This document shows, one piece after another, positions 22,303-36,498 of a DNA stretch of 64,000 nt. This DNA is from Balanoglossus misakiensis (lineage: Eukaryota > Animalia > Hemichordata), in NCBI GenBank assembly GCA_040954595.2, contig CM082598.2, positions 6,215,097 to 6,279,096 of the forward strand, in the 5' to 3' direction. How positions within the stretch are numbered: position 1 is the first letter of the stretch; the number at the start of each line of letters is the position of its first letter. Made by a program: the position numbers and the translations under genes. The notes under the pieces were generated by a model. It was not told the origin of the DNA. It was given only the letters and a program-made list of their open reading frames with translations, and made no database searches.

Positions 22303-23474
22303 GGGAGACTGGCTTTGTAGAGGTGATTTGCACCTGTTGTAGTCTTTCTACTAGACATATTTTCTGTGTTTGCGATTGATGAATTACTGTCTAATGGGAT
22401 ATTTTTGTGAACTTCGCGAGAACCAACAAATGCGAATTAAAAAGTCATATAAAAATGTTTTTCGGGGATATTGGGGCAGTTAGTGAAATATAAGAATGCG
22501 AAATTTAATTGTAGAGTAACCGCTCGGCTGTCTCTATTGATATTGCGAAAATTTCTTGTCACAGAAATTTCCCGTTTTACAGTTCATAAATAAATCAACT
22601 AGATCTTTTTACTGCAGATGCCACACCAACTAATCATCTGTCACCTGGACAACCAAGTCAAATTGGAAGTCAGTCTCCACAACAACTGTCATCCTCTCAA
22701 CAGAAACTGACTCAACCAAGTCAGCCCCAGATTCAGGGCCAAGGTCAAAGGTCATCAATGCCTTTTGCCCAGCCTACCAGTTTACCAAACCAACCAGTAT
22801 CCACTGTCACAGCAAACAGGACACAACAACCCAATGTGACTGTTTCAAGTATCCCCATGAGACAATTTTTGTCATCTCAGGTACAGTTGTTGTCTATGCG
22901 ATTTAAATTAGCTGTTTCTAGTTACCCATCCTGTGAATTGAAAGCTTTTTATGACTGTTTCACATAGCCTTGTGTTACTACATTCTATAAAGTAAACTAT
23001 TGTTTCAAAACACATTAAAAACTTCTGTTTTGGTTGCTAGAAACCCACTATGTGAATGCAAAGACTCTTTTGGATAATGCCACAGACTCAGTGATCAATT
23101 TCAATTTTTAATGAGATTAATGTTGATAAGCCCTAATGTGGGTATGTTTGTTGAAAATAGGACTTCGAGAGTTGCAAGCTCAACATCGAATCAAAAATTG
23201 AAGTCATGAATTAAAAATGGGGTTTTGAATACTGGCCTTGATAATGCTTCATATTAACTAGGTTTGTTACTCTTTTTGGACAGGCAACTTCACCACCAAA
23301 GATGACTTCCCAGCATGTGCTAGCTGCTGCACTGAAAGCCACAGAGGGTGTCATGCAAATGGCAAATGCTAGTCAGTTCAGTAAGACACCACCAATTGCT
23401 GCTGTGAATTCTATCAACTCACAGCCACAGCAGAGATGGCCAGGTACTGATTCACAGCCACAAAGAGGTAGGTA

Positions 23475-24316
23475 CAGTCAAACCTGTCTATACTGGCCAG
23501 TTAAGGTGGCATTGCATGAAAAATTGTGATTTTTGCCAAATTTTACTTTTTTACATAAATCGGTAGGTCTAATACTGATCCACATCCCGATTAATACGTC
23601 TTGGCGGAAATGGTGCATAATCACCCAAACCAAAAATAGCATTTTTCTGAATGAGTCCACTGCTTAACAAATAGGTGTCAACAATGCAAATGGCCGTTTT
23701 TCTCAGTTTGCATTTTCGCTGCTCTTGACAACTTCAGAAGAATTTAGCTTCGCTCTGGGTTGGCCAAATTTTAACAGGGGACTGTGTATGACCTATCCAA
23801 CAATGAGAAAAAAATTTTAGTCGATAAAGTGTCCCTAGCGGGAGTAAACTCTCATTCAATACAACTCACCGTGAATTTGATCAAATTTCTTAAAAAATCT
23901 AACTTTCAAACGCTGTTACTCCTCAATGGAAGCAGATAACGCAAAACAAAATTACCGTTTTTTTTGCACGTGTACTCTAGTTTCGAATGACATATTAAGA
24001 TGCATGATGCATGGTCCACTTTTTTACCTAAATTAAATTTAATGACATAATATCAAAAATAATAATAATAATAATATATGCAACTCAAACAAAAGTTCAA
24101 AAACTCAGCTTCCAGTTAACGTTGTCTTTGATGAGAAATAGGCCTCTGAAAAAGTCTCAACGGTTTCATGCAATGCCACCTTAAGGGACTTCCTAAACTG
24201 GCTTTTATAGACAGGTGGCTTCTATAGACGGGTCAATTAATGTGCAATGTACATGTACATGAACTGAAACAAAGTTGCCACTATAATAGAGGTGGCCACA
24301 AACACAGATTTGACTG
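23475..24316. mobile_element. Tc1/mariner-type MITE hosting a nested TTAA element
   Basis: TA|CAGTCAAACCTGT ... ACAGATTTGACTG; internal TATAGACAGGTGG repeats. Confidence 0.7.
23505..24180. mobile_element. Kolobok-like non-autonomous DNA transposon
   Basis: TTAA|GGTGGCATTGCATGAAA ... TTTCATGCAATGCCACC|TTAA; perfect 17-bp TIR and TTAA duplication. Confidence 0.88.
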
Positions 24317-26768
24317 TCATATATGTTATGTTGCCATGGCAGTCATTTACTATTAGTTGATTATACTTTACAAAAACGTGAGGAAACAAATATTCAAGTT
24401 CCCTTTTCATATTCCCCAATCAATGGTATAAAACGCCAGTGTCATGGAATTTTTTGACACTTTTGCTAACTGCTAAAGCCCAAGTAACATTTGCTTTTTT
24501 CATTATTTTTTACTCAAGGAATAAACCCTAGTTTCATGTTTTGCTCTGGATAGCTTTATGAAATATTCAGTCTTTAGCTTCTCAACAAAACATGTACATG
24601 AGTAATGGCCATTGTTAATATTATTGATAAATGAACTGGAAGACTAGAATTCATTTTTCAACAATAACAGTGCTGATCAATATACGAAACGCCTTTGTTT
24701 GAATACAAAACTCTGAGTAAATTCTTAATGTTTTACAGAGTAGAATAAAGTATTACAGCTGTTATCCAAAGTTAATGTTGGAGTTATTGACGTTTTAATA
24801 CTACTGTGTTTACTTATCAGCAGGTATGCAGTCATCGATGCGAACAGGAGTGCAGTCAACACTACTGACAGTACCTAATGTGAGCGACAGCAAGAATCCA
24901 CATGTCACCACTGGCACCAATGTTGTTCCAACTCTGACACAGCCACAAGTACATGTACAAAACCAGTCATTGGTATGTTATGTTATGAGCTGAGTTATAA
25001 TACCCATCTATCCCTTTTGCGCCTGGCAAGTGACATTTTATCACTTTTCAGTATTTCAATAGAACTGCATTTGGATTATTTGTTACCTAACATGACATCA
25101 GAAGATGGTAGCTTGATGTTTTAACTGAGGACATTGGATGACCAGTAGATAAAGATTTTCTTTGATATCAATGACATCAGACGCAGTTCCGTTGACATTC
25201 AAATTTCCAGCTAACGGGGAATTTCAGCAACGTGGTGCAAATGATGACTGTGAAGATGAATGCCAAGATGCTGTTGAGGCACCATGCCTGATACATGTTA
25301 CCTTTCTGGTGGTTCTAAAGTATAAACACATCTGGAAAAATATTTTATGGGATACCAAAATATTGTTTGCCCGTTACCTGGAAATGACAATGCTCGTGTG
25401 ATTGATATTAAAGAATTATTTACAGTCATGATTTGTATGTGTTATCACAGGCTAATACTAGTACTTCACTACTGATGGATCTGGACATACCAGTGCCCTC
25501 TACAGCTCAAGTGCATCAAGTTAGACTCGCCAGCAGCAAGTTGATCAACAACAACAACAACAACAACAACAGAAAAGTGTTGTTTGGCATGGAGCGTTGG
25601 AATGGCAAGAGGTGTGTACAGCTTACATACAAATAACTAATTAAAACAACTGACTGTAGGTCAATGCTGTTATTGTGGTTGGATCATGTTGGATAGTGAG
25701 CATTTTATGATAAACAGCGCTTTTAACTATTTGAATTTTAGGGTGCTTCCATATGTATTTTTGGAGGGTACACATTACACAAATTATGAGCTCGGCAGAA
25801 CAACGTGTGGTAGTACCCATCAATGAAGTACACAGATTGGTCTTTCATCCAGAGGCACACAGTGTACATGCAATGCAATCATTTCCCTTTGTATGTCTTA
25901 AAGGTCTCATGTCATGCTTTGGAAAGTTTTCATATTTCCACGTCAAAAGCTCACCTAGGGTACCTGTCTATGCATTGCCTATTGTGTCGGTTCCGAAAAA
26001 TGTGCACGAATGGCGGAATTTGCCACTTTTTTTCATGCCTGTGATCAGGGAGCCACTTCGCACTCGAGCCAGGTGAAGGTATTTGCATATGGACAAACAA
26101 GTACACTACGTTGTAGTGTACCATTCTGTTTATCGGTCCATGAGTAATTAAGTCCACAGACAAAGACAAGCTATATAAACAGTGTTCAAAGCAAAGGAAG
26201 CCCTTGCCTCACATTGCAGGCAGAGGATTTACAAAGGTATGAAAGACTATTTGTCCACATCAAGATAAGTCTTCGGCTTAACTTCGAAAAGCCGAAAAAA
26301 ATCGACTGAGTTGGGTTAGGGGTACACGCCCACCCGCCACTTTTACTTGCTTGTTATCTAAGCACAAGGGGCAAAACGCATTGCAAGATAGTAACATACG
26401 TTAACTTCAAGACCCAAATAGTGATTTTACGCGTGGTTGTATAGGGCATGGCATGAGACCTTTAACAAAGCAACCTTACGACAGGAGCAGATTTAGATAA
26501 ACAATTTCATCTGGGAGATAAACTATATAAGTCCACAGTTACTTGGGATTTGAAACTCAATGATAAATTTGTTAGTGACATGCTCATGTTAGATGACCTA
26601 CCACACATTGTATTCATTAATTTATTGCATAAGTTGAGGTGAAATATACAATTGTATGATTCAACCATCAAATCAGTTCTGGTAGTGTGTACTTGACTGT
26701 ATCTGAAGTTATAATCCACTTGGCAAAATCAAATCAAACAAAATACTAGTAACACAATGGAATAGACT

Positions 26769-27262
26769 TTGCCCACTTAGGGAATATATTTCTCGTCTAT
26801 GTCACCATACATGTAGCTGTATGCTGTGAGTTATGTAGGTGTCAATGTTTTCCCCCACAACAATCACTTGGTGGCATGTTTCACAACTCATTGCCCACTT
26901 AGGGAATATATTTCTCGTCTATGTCACCATACATGCAGCTGTATGCTGTGAGTTATATAGGTGTCAATCTTTCCCCCACAACAATCACTTGGTGCCACGT
27001 TTCGCAACTCATTGCCCACTTAGGGAATATATTTCTCGTCTATGTCACCATACACGCAGCTGTATGCTGTGAGTTATATAGGTGTCAATCTTTCCCCCCA
27101 CAACAATCACTTGGTGCCACGTTTCGCAACTCATTGCCCACTTTATTTATAGGGAATATATTTCTCGTCTATGTCACCATACATGTAACTGTATGCTGTG
27201 AGTTATGTAGGTGTCAATGTTTTCCCCCACAACAATCACTTGGTGGCATGTTTTGCAACTCA
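26769..27262. repeat. Tandem repeat, ~122-bp unit x4
   Basis: GCCCACTT starts at 26771, 26893, 27014 and 27136. Confidence 0.95.
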
Positions 27263-30200
27263 CGCACTGTGGAGTTCCAGTTTATGAATAACAGCCAGGT
27301 AGCATACAGATCTCTCTTCAGAATAATGTCTGGAGGATTTGTAAGTATGTCTTTGGAATAGACAGGTTTCCAGATTAGACAGGGTTCGGTTGAGACAGGT
27401 TTTACTGTATTTTGATACATGCTCTGGCTTAACCCTTTCACCACCATGGTTCAGTCCAAACCCGTTGTTTTCTATGCAGTCTGCACGATAGCTCCAACTT
27501 CCGGTACCTATGAATGCCGGGTAATATCCGCAACAGAGGCGTTATCCATGCGCGTAATTGAAAGTAAACAAAAGCCAGCGATATTGGCGAATTTAAGTTG
27601 CGGTTTTCTCGTAAACTAGAGAATGACTTTACTATTATGAGGATGGGAGGTGTCGACTGCATGTCTGACGAACGTTGTACAGTAATTTGTTGTTAAATAT
27701 ACATTTTTCAAAACATATTTTTTTACTCTGAATTAAGGTTGCTAAAATTCCTTAATTTGAAGCATACTCGACTTTCAACATTTGTACTTTTTGGTCTAAA
27801 GACGGGATTGCCGATTTATGTGGATTAAACGTACCTCAGTATGTAAATAAACGAAAATCAGGTCAACTGGGTTCACTGAGCGTGCTTGCTGTCGGCAGAA
27901 ATGTAGCCAATTTACGTTACTCGATATTGGGCAAAATCCGAATATTTTGTCAATTTTAGGGCAAAATCTTGGTCTTGGCGTCACCTCTGTGCAAAAACGG
28001 CTGCTACTATCGTGTTTGGGAAGTCATGGACTGTCCCGGTAAGCGGGTCCTATGATGCTGCCGGTTCCGTAGGATTCCTCAGCGCGTGACCAAATAGAGA
28101 GTGCATTTTCCGGGGGATTTACAGGCCTCTCTTTGATATGTTGTACTTTTTGGTCTAAAAATCATATCGGCAATCTTGTATGAAAAATATGCCCTTCTGA
28201 TATTACCTTTCATTCCAAAATAGTCAAATGTGCAGTCAAATGCTAAGATGTGCCCGTAGGATAATATAAATATGAGGAAAAATATAGAAAATGCTATTAT
28301 TTTCGAGTCCATTTTGTTCGAACGTTTGAGCCATTAGGAGAGTTCAAACCCCTACATCGACACATGGTTTACTCCAGGGATCTTCCAGCTTCAAAATGCA
28401 ACACTCTCGGTTTACCGCCTACCCAGATTTTCTTTTGGAACACGTGAGTTTGAAGACATCCATAAAAAACCATTGATTGACACACGCCGGATTTCAGTCA
28501 TATGAGCATTTAGCGCCGCATTGTCCAATCCAGTTTTATTTTCTTGAATGCAGCATGTCATTTGTCACTCCCCATAAAGTTTTGCGTTGGCAGATATGCC
28601 CCAATATAGTAAAAAATGGGCGTAAAAGTCAAGTCTGGTGACATGGCGGGAAATTTTCACGTGTGCAGATCAACTCAATAATAATGTCATGTGATACCAT
28701 AGAGCTGCGTCTATTGGTGGAAAGTGGCAGGTCATGCATAATGAGCGTCTGTCTACGTTAGATCATTTGCTCATTCATGTGAGGCAGGCTAATACGGAAG
28801 TATCTCCTCGGTGTTCTTAGCTAATTACACTTTAGTTCGGGTGGAATTTAGAGGATAACGTATGGCAATGCATGTTTTTAATGACAGATCAGTCATAACT
28901 CTGCTTGTTTGGGCCATGTTTTTCATCTGAGCCTCCAGAACCGGGTCCACAGCCGCTGTTGTATACGATCGATCGACAAGTGCGCGCGGTTACAAAGTAG
29001 GCGTTTTTGTCTAGGCTAGCGTTTTTTCTCTCTCCATTCGTTTTTCTTCATTGGAGAGTTAATTAGTTTCGATAGATAATTCGCTTGGTGTCATATCTAT
29101 GGTGTTCCATGTAAACCATTTAGGATAAAAATTACATGTTTTAAAAAGTCAGTATGTATGCATGCATTGAGTGGTTATTTGAGGAACCTATTCACATCTG
29201 GTTCACAGTCATTTCTTTCATTTCATGGCAAGACCACGCCAAATAGAAGAAAAAAAATCAGAAAAAGTTTCAGATGTTCCAAGTATAACAGAAAGTGGGT
29301 CAGTGCGAGGACAAGAGTCCTTGAAATTGTCACACTTCGTGCCGCGTACTTCGTGTTGACATGAATTTGGCGGAAGTGTAAACCATTTGTGTGTAGGGTA
29401 GGCAGAATTAAGCGCATGGGTTGGTATGCGTACAGAGGTTGTCAGCGTTCGCAAATCATTGCGAAAATATTTAGTTTGCGTATAAATTTCACAAAAATAT
29501 CAATTTATGATAGAAACTGTTCACGCAATGTAAAAAAAATAATTGATCTTGATGCATGAAAATTTGTGCCTACCCATGTAAAAAATGGTTTGTCGGACGA
29601 TGACGAACATGCCAATAACTCAATAACAGCCAATCAAATCACTGGTACCAGACACGCTCTAATCGAGGGGTTATCGTGCAGACTGATGGTAATGTTGGAC
29701 CTCTAAAAAGGGAACTGGGATTCTTTCTGGGAATCTCTTTATTTCTTCTGTCACAAAAATTGCATAGGAGTTCTAATTCTAAAAGGAGAACTGATTTGAT
29801 AAAAAATCTCAAACTCAAGTTTTGGATGTGGCTCCAGTTTATTGTAGGTGACTAGTTTTCTGGAGTTGAAGTCTGTATACTTGCAGTAGAGTTGGTCACA
29901 TTAACTTGGGTAATCTGAGTGTGGTCAGAAATTGAACTTACACACACACACACATTAAGTTGAGTTAAGAACATGTCTGGTGTATTACTGTAATATGACT
30001 AGATACAGCAAATGCATTAACTATAAGCATATGTTAAAATACACAGTTTCCATGGACAAATCTGAGTGATGAAATTAAATACACATTTTATAAACCCTCT
30101 ATGATAGAGCACCCCACTGTTCAGAATGTCAATTTTGAAGTCCTACATCTATGACGTCATGCCTAGCTGTCAATGTTAACTGATGTGTACTTGTACTACT

Positions 30201-30880
30201 TGTAAATGGAAGTACTTTAAAGTAAAGCTCAGATGCAAGGATTTGTAAAATAAATATAATATTAAAACGTTGCCATCATTTTACTCCTTTGGAACAGTGG
30301 TCCAATTGACTAATGTGATCACTCTGTGTGCGGCATATGGCATATTAAGCATTTAGTACTTTTCAATCAGAGGCTGTTAATTCTGTGATTAATTCTGCTT
30401 CTTGCATTATTGATTTTAAATCACCACACATGAATATTTTTGTCCAAAGGACTGTGGTGCCCAAGTTTTTATGATAAGATAAACAAACAGTGAAATTCAC
30501 TGAAGAAGTGAGTGAGCACTTGCCCTATCATTGTTCAATGAAATGTGACCACCAATTCATTGACGCCTTGAGCATAGCAACAACAACCTGTGTATTGACG
30601 ATACTGCCTGTAGCCTTTCAGTTGATGTTGCTTGATGTACATATATGACTGGACTCGATTATTTGTGTTTTTGTTGCATTGATATTTTTAACAGCGTATT
30701 AAGCAATTTTTTGTTTGAGTTCATCATTCAGTGATGGTAGCATGACTAAAATCAGTGATGGTCGTCAGGTTGTGTATTTCAATTTTCAGGATAACTCTTT
30801 TTGTAACAAAATTCACAAGTTCTGTGACTGTCACAAGAGTGTTCTGAATTATTGGTTTGTTTTCCTGTAGTGTGCATTTA

Positions 30881-31515
30881 CCGTAGTTGTCCGGGTAAGA
30901 ACCCCTGCTCGGACAAACGCCCCCCCCCTGGTTTTAGGGCCCATTTGTAGATCGAGGCCATATCCGGTCTAAAGCCCCCCCCCCCCCCCCCCCCCCCCGG
31001 CCGAATATCCATTAAATTCTTGGAAATTTAATAAAGTGCAATGCAAAAAAGGCGGATTTTCATCCCCAAAGTCACTAAAAGTGAAAAAAAAATGTATGAT
31101 GATTTACTTTCACGCTGATTATCGTACCCACCGCGGCCGACTGGCCACGCTGAGTTATATCATGGACGTCCATGGTTATATATAGCCGCTCTAGAAAACA
31201 TGACCTCAGACAGGTCCCTCGGGACCGTGCCTCGAATTCAACGATCACGTAGATGGACGCGCTGCCGCGTGTGAGGTCACCGGGGAGCTTTCCAAAGCGG
31301 CCGCGTGGAGCTGCTTCAGTCCGTCCTCGACGCGAAACACCCAAGATCCCGACTTGGACTCGGAGAATGAACCACTCAAAAATGTGCATAAAAGTCGAGG
31401 TGGCCATCCCTCATTTGCATAAATCTCGAGGCCATATCCGGGCTAAAGCCCCCCCCCCTGTTTTTTCGCTAATCTGTTGGCCCAGCACCCGGGGCTCTTA
31501 CCCGGGCAACTACGG
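30881..31515. mobile_element. Tc1/mariner (pogo-like) MITE, GC-rich
   Basis: TA|CCGTAGTTGTCCGGGTAAGA ... TCTTACCCGGGCAACTACGG|TA; internal repeat TCGAGGCCATATCCGGnCTAAAGCCCCC. Confidence 0.85.
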
Positions 31516-34500
31516 TACATGTTCCCAGATAGGAAGTTTTAATGGGTATTAGTGTCAACATCCACAAGTGACTTGAGGCCAGTGAACTTGCAGTTGTGTG
31601 TAGTGTGGATATTAGCTTGTGGTGATATTAACATGGCGAATATCAGAATAGTACAAACAAATGTTTAAAACAGGACATATACATAGCTTTCCCTTTCATA
31701 ATTGGACTGCATTGTTATTGAAGTACAAAGACTTTCCAGCAACGTGACATGGCTGGATTTTTTTGTAGGAAACAAGTCTTTGATTTCCCGGCTGCTATTT
31801 GCTGTCTTTGTATTACATTACTAGTAACATCTCCATTTCTAGCTTTGCACCTCACATTCAATGAATAGACCTGTGGATGTTTTGACACTTCTCGTCAATG
31901 AATGTGTATGGTTGCAGTGATCAAATGATACACAAATCAAGGAACAAACAATGACTTGTATTTCTTTTGAAATGCTCACTCACTGGCCCCAATTGCAAAA
32001 TAGCAACATTTAATACATGCGATATTCAATGCGTTTACAGTATTCAAAAATGTTTGAAATTGAATATTGTGCCAAAGAGTGGTGTTGTCAGTCCAAATAT
32101 CAAAGCATTGAATGATTGTTCACAGTTTCCTGTATGGTTTGGCCCACCTCTTGTGAAAATATGACTTGTGATATAGTGTTGTACATTGAAAAGAAATTCA
32201 TATACATGTATTTTAAATATTTCATATTTTCAATCTAGAAGTGGGAGTTGCTTCCTCAAAATATAATTGACTGTCAGAATGAAAGGCAAGCGATTCACAC
32301 AAGTTAACTCCAACACAACAACTCTTCAATTAAATAATTGACATCAGATAACCACAAAGGCATTATTCAAATAAATTGTATAAAAACAAATGCAGTTACA
32401 AGATTTGATGTCTGAAAATTACTGATAGGTGTAGATTTTGTCAGCATTTCCCTTCCTGGGTTACTTTGCGATTAGTTGTTCTGCGTAGTAGAATGGAACA
32501 GTGTTCGGTCTGGATTGGTCACATTAATGTTCAGAGAGAAAGTTCTTTTGGCAACTGCTCATTGTATGAAAGGTCATAGGGTTAAGATGTCTTATGTCAA
32601 AGTCACTTATGAATCCCTTAAAGATAAATGTAACCTATCTTATTGACAGATAAGCCAGCAACAACAGAGAAATGTTATACACCCAAATGCTATCAAAAGG
32701 TGAGCTTCTGTCTATCTAGAAAATGGTGCCACACTGCTACTGATAAGGCCAAACAAGAGTTTTGTTTAGCGCCATAGGAAAATGTCAAAAATTTTAGTTA
32801 TGGGAAACAACCAACAAGCAAACATTTATTTTCTTTTCATTTGTTTGATAAAATTATGATAACTATCCCAAAATTTGTAGCTTGTGTGCCTTTAAAATTC
32901 AAATTCCTGTCCAAAGGGTGTCTACCCTTGCTTGTCAACTGTTATATAGGCAATTTACACAAACACGTACCAGTATAGATTCGACCACAGTCCTGTTGGC
33001 AAACATGCTTCAATGGTCTTTGCAGACAACCATCATAAATGCATGAAACGCAGCACGCTCATTCAGTCCGATAATAGGTGCTAAAACATAACATTTTGAC
33101 ATCACTAACATTTTTCCCAGTGACCAAATTTTCTCAGTTTGAATCCACTGTTGATATTGTGGAAACATTAACGTGACCAGTTTTGTCCAGTGGCTGTGAT
33201 TTAAACCATCTCCAATACCAGAAAAATGTTGATCCAAAACAAACGTTTAGCACAAATTGTCATTTTGACTCGTGTACTCAGAGTTTTGGAAACTTGATCA
33301 AGTAATATGACTTCAGAGAGGGGGGGGGGGAGCAGTATCCGCTTCCATTTATTGGCTGTTTAAACGAATGTGTCAGTTATGTTGAAGCATTCTTCTTGCT
33401 TTATGCAGATGCACTTAGCGTCCCCATCCTCAACATACTGTAATAAGTCTCAGTGTTTGCCTGCTCGAGATTGTCAGTTTTTCATAAAAAGGAAATATTC
33501 ATTAAAATTAAGCTTTAAATAATCTTATATATGATTTTAATTATTATCTATTAAATGACATTTCATAATATATCAGGATCAACACTTATGTATGACAAAA
33601 CAGGCCAAAAATAAAAGAAAATCGAAAATTCTTGTATTTTTTAAAAAGTGCAATTTTGCAAGGAAAAATGAAAATCTAATATCTCAGCGGTGTACATTTA
33701 CTTGCATGAGTTCTAGTGGAGGAAATCATGTTTTGTTTATGAAGTTCAATAGTCAGAAATGCAACGTTTTCATTGTTTCTTGGATTTCCCACTGTGGCAG
33801 CCATATTCCTTTATGCCAAAGCTTTATTATTTATCTGGTTAAAACTTGCATATGCACTCATATTTAGGGTTTATAATGCTTGTGTATAGTTCAGTGCCTA
33901 CATCTGCATGGACTAATACTAGTACAGTTTGAAAAAAAATGATAATTATCCCTAAAGTTTCAACTTATATGCCTGTAAGCGACATACCTTGTATTTGCAT
34001 GAATTTGTCGTCAACCGAAAACGGATTACTTGTATGCAAATGTTTGGAGTTCTCGCAGCAATTTTAAATTCACCACTATTTTCTTGGGCTGGCCATCTGA
34101 AAGGCAGCATGGTTGTCATAGGATAAATCTTTTATGTCAACCGAGCAACATATTTAATATCATGAAGTGTACACAACATTTGCACTGCTGGAACTATCAT
34201 GACCACAATACTTGTTTACTCACCATGGAGGTCAAGTGGACCTCTATAAAAACGGTAGAACCGTTTTAATCCAGCTGACTTTTGAATTGCAACATACCGT
34301 CACAATCAAATTTGATAAGCCTATTTATTTGCATTAATTCAAGTTTAAAGGAAAATTCATGAAAAAACGTGCCTTTTGGCAGCTATGGAGGCTAATACCC
34401 TAATGTGTTCACTGATCAGGTTCGCAAAATACATTCAACCTTATGTAGTATGGTAATCAAACACTTAAAAATGTGATGTCATATAACAAAGGCCTGTTGA

Positions 34501-34693
34501 AATACCCTGAAAGAAACAAAGTGTCTGTTTTACTTCTTACAATATACCATGCAAACAATTCTGCTGATGCAAAAATCAGTTGATGCAACACTTACAGATG
34601 TATGCACAGAACATACAATCTGTACGGGAACCCTCCATTAAAATTTCTGCACTTTGTACCTGACTTGGCTATTGTCAAGTCGTGTCACTTAAT

Positions 34694-35149
34694 ATAAGGT
34701 TATTACGAAAATACCGCAAAGTATGCACGAGGACATTAGCGCCAAGTATCGCCCGACGCGTAGCGGAGGGCGATGCGCTGCGCTAATGTCCGAGTGCATA
34801 CTTTGCGGTATTTTCGTAATAACCTTATTATTATACATCTTACATCTCCGTTACTCTTGTGTTGCATGTTACTTGGCTTTCAAAACGCCCAAAATGTCGA
34901 TACAATCGATCGAAAATCGCTCAGATGACTCAGTGAGCAGCCATCTTTGTTTTTTGTTTACGTGTGCGCACGTGCGTTGGAGTGGGGGCGCCTTGAAACC
35001 GTCCGCATAACAACGCATACCTGTACACGGTGAGTTTGGGGCGCCTTGAAACTAAGGCATATTTAACACGCGTTCCGTACGTACCGTTCCGTACGGCTTT
35101 TTATTGCACGCCAAAATCTATTGTTCTCGGCACTAGATGTATAATAATA
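34694..35149. mobile_element. Double-hairpin non-autonomous element (possibly Crypton-type)
   Basis: Perfect 35-bp arms 34694-34728/34794-34828, then second inverted repeat TATTATTATACATCT (34826-34840) / AGATGTATAATAATA (35135-35149). Confidence 0.62.
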
Positions 35150-36498
35150 TGTAATATTACCTGTAATCTGTTTAGTTTTGTTATTATTTTGTTATTTCAC
35201 GTGTCCTTGTGCTTGGTGGGTGACACACTTTACACACCTGCTTGTGGCATGCATGGCACTATTTTTTGACTAAAAATGTTCCTTCCAGGCCATTAAATTA
35301 GCTATATTGGGATATATCTTCATTTCAGCAATTTGTACGATGGGTAAACACTATTTGACGGGCGGAGAAGACCTGCTTATTGATATGTATTCTATTGCAA
35401 CCAATCAGTACACATAGTAAGAGACTGCTCACCACTCCAGATCTTATATCGAGAGCAGCCACTGTTTCGCGAGTATAAATTTTCGTGTTCTCTTATTTCA
35501 TTCACTGCATCGTTATCTTCAAAAAAATTTATGTGACACTTTATTTTTACACTATTTTGGCACTTGCGTATTTGGCGAAAATTTATTGCTCGCGAAAAAT
35601 TAAAGCCGCTTGCACACGTGCCATTGTTAGGGCGCCCTTTTTGGGATTATAAAATTTGGTAAACATTTCTTATCAGTGACTCAAATACTTTTGCATGCAC
35701 ATGTGTATAAAAGGGACAGGGTCACCGCCCTCTACGCGCGTCCACAGCAGCGTGGCTAAAGGTCACAATGTTCACACGTGATTTCAGTCACTGTTTAGTG
35801 CAGCGCCCCGACCCAGGTCCCACCCCTCAACACCGTCCCCAAAAAAGCCGCTCTCACCTTTTCACACGTGGCACTTACAAATTAACGCCGCCTTAGGCGT
35901 TGACGGCATGTGTGAAAGGCACTGAAGTGTTTTACAGTATGTACTTTTTAATCCCTTCAAATATTTGAATATGATTAATTCCATGGTACGTGGAACACGA
36001 AACCACAGTTGATACCCCAAAAAAGTATTGAGAAATAACCTGAAGCTGGAGTTACTGAGCTTTAAATTGATTTCAATAATCTCCCAAGTGAAAATTGGCT
36101 GAAGCTCCTGTAGTCACTTACCTGTTGGTAGATTGACACATGACAATGATTGACTGTTTACACATTTCTTTGTTTGATCTTTTAGAGGAATATTCAAGCA
36201 CTGCAGAAGAATTTAGAGATGGCACAGAAAAAAAAGAACTCGAATTGAAACAACAACAAAATCAACATGCACGACAAAATCAACTCATAGCAATGCACGA
36301 CAAAATCAACTCATAGCACAAAGACGACAACAACAACAGCAATTACAAAGATTACAACAACAGAGAACCTAACAGCAACAAGCAGTGCAAGCATAGCCAG
36401 CCAATATACACTCAACAACTCGGACATCTCTTACTTAGTCAACAAGTAAGTTGTCACAATAATGTGTACAGTGAATATTTGAAACCCATGACTGATAA

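Noticed and set aside
26839-27361. ORFs with repeated peptide units
   Set aside because: Produced by a 121-122-bp tandem repeat whose length is not a multiple of three
27500-29700. CpG-richer stretch that could be a promoter or transposon body
   Set aside because: Could not define termini, a coding frame or a transcription start from the sequence alone
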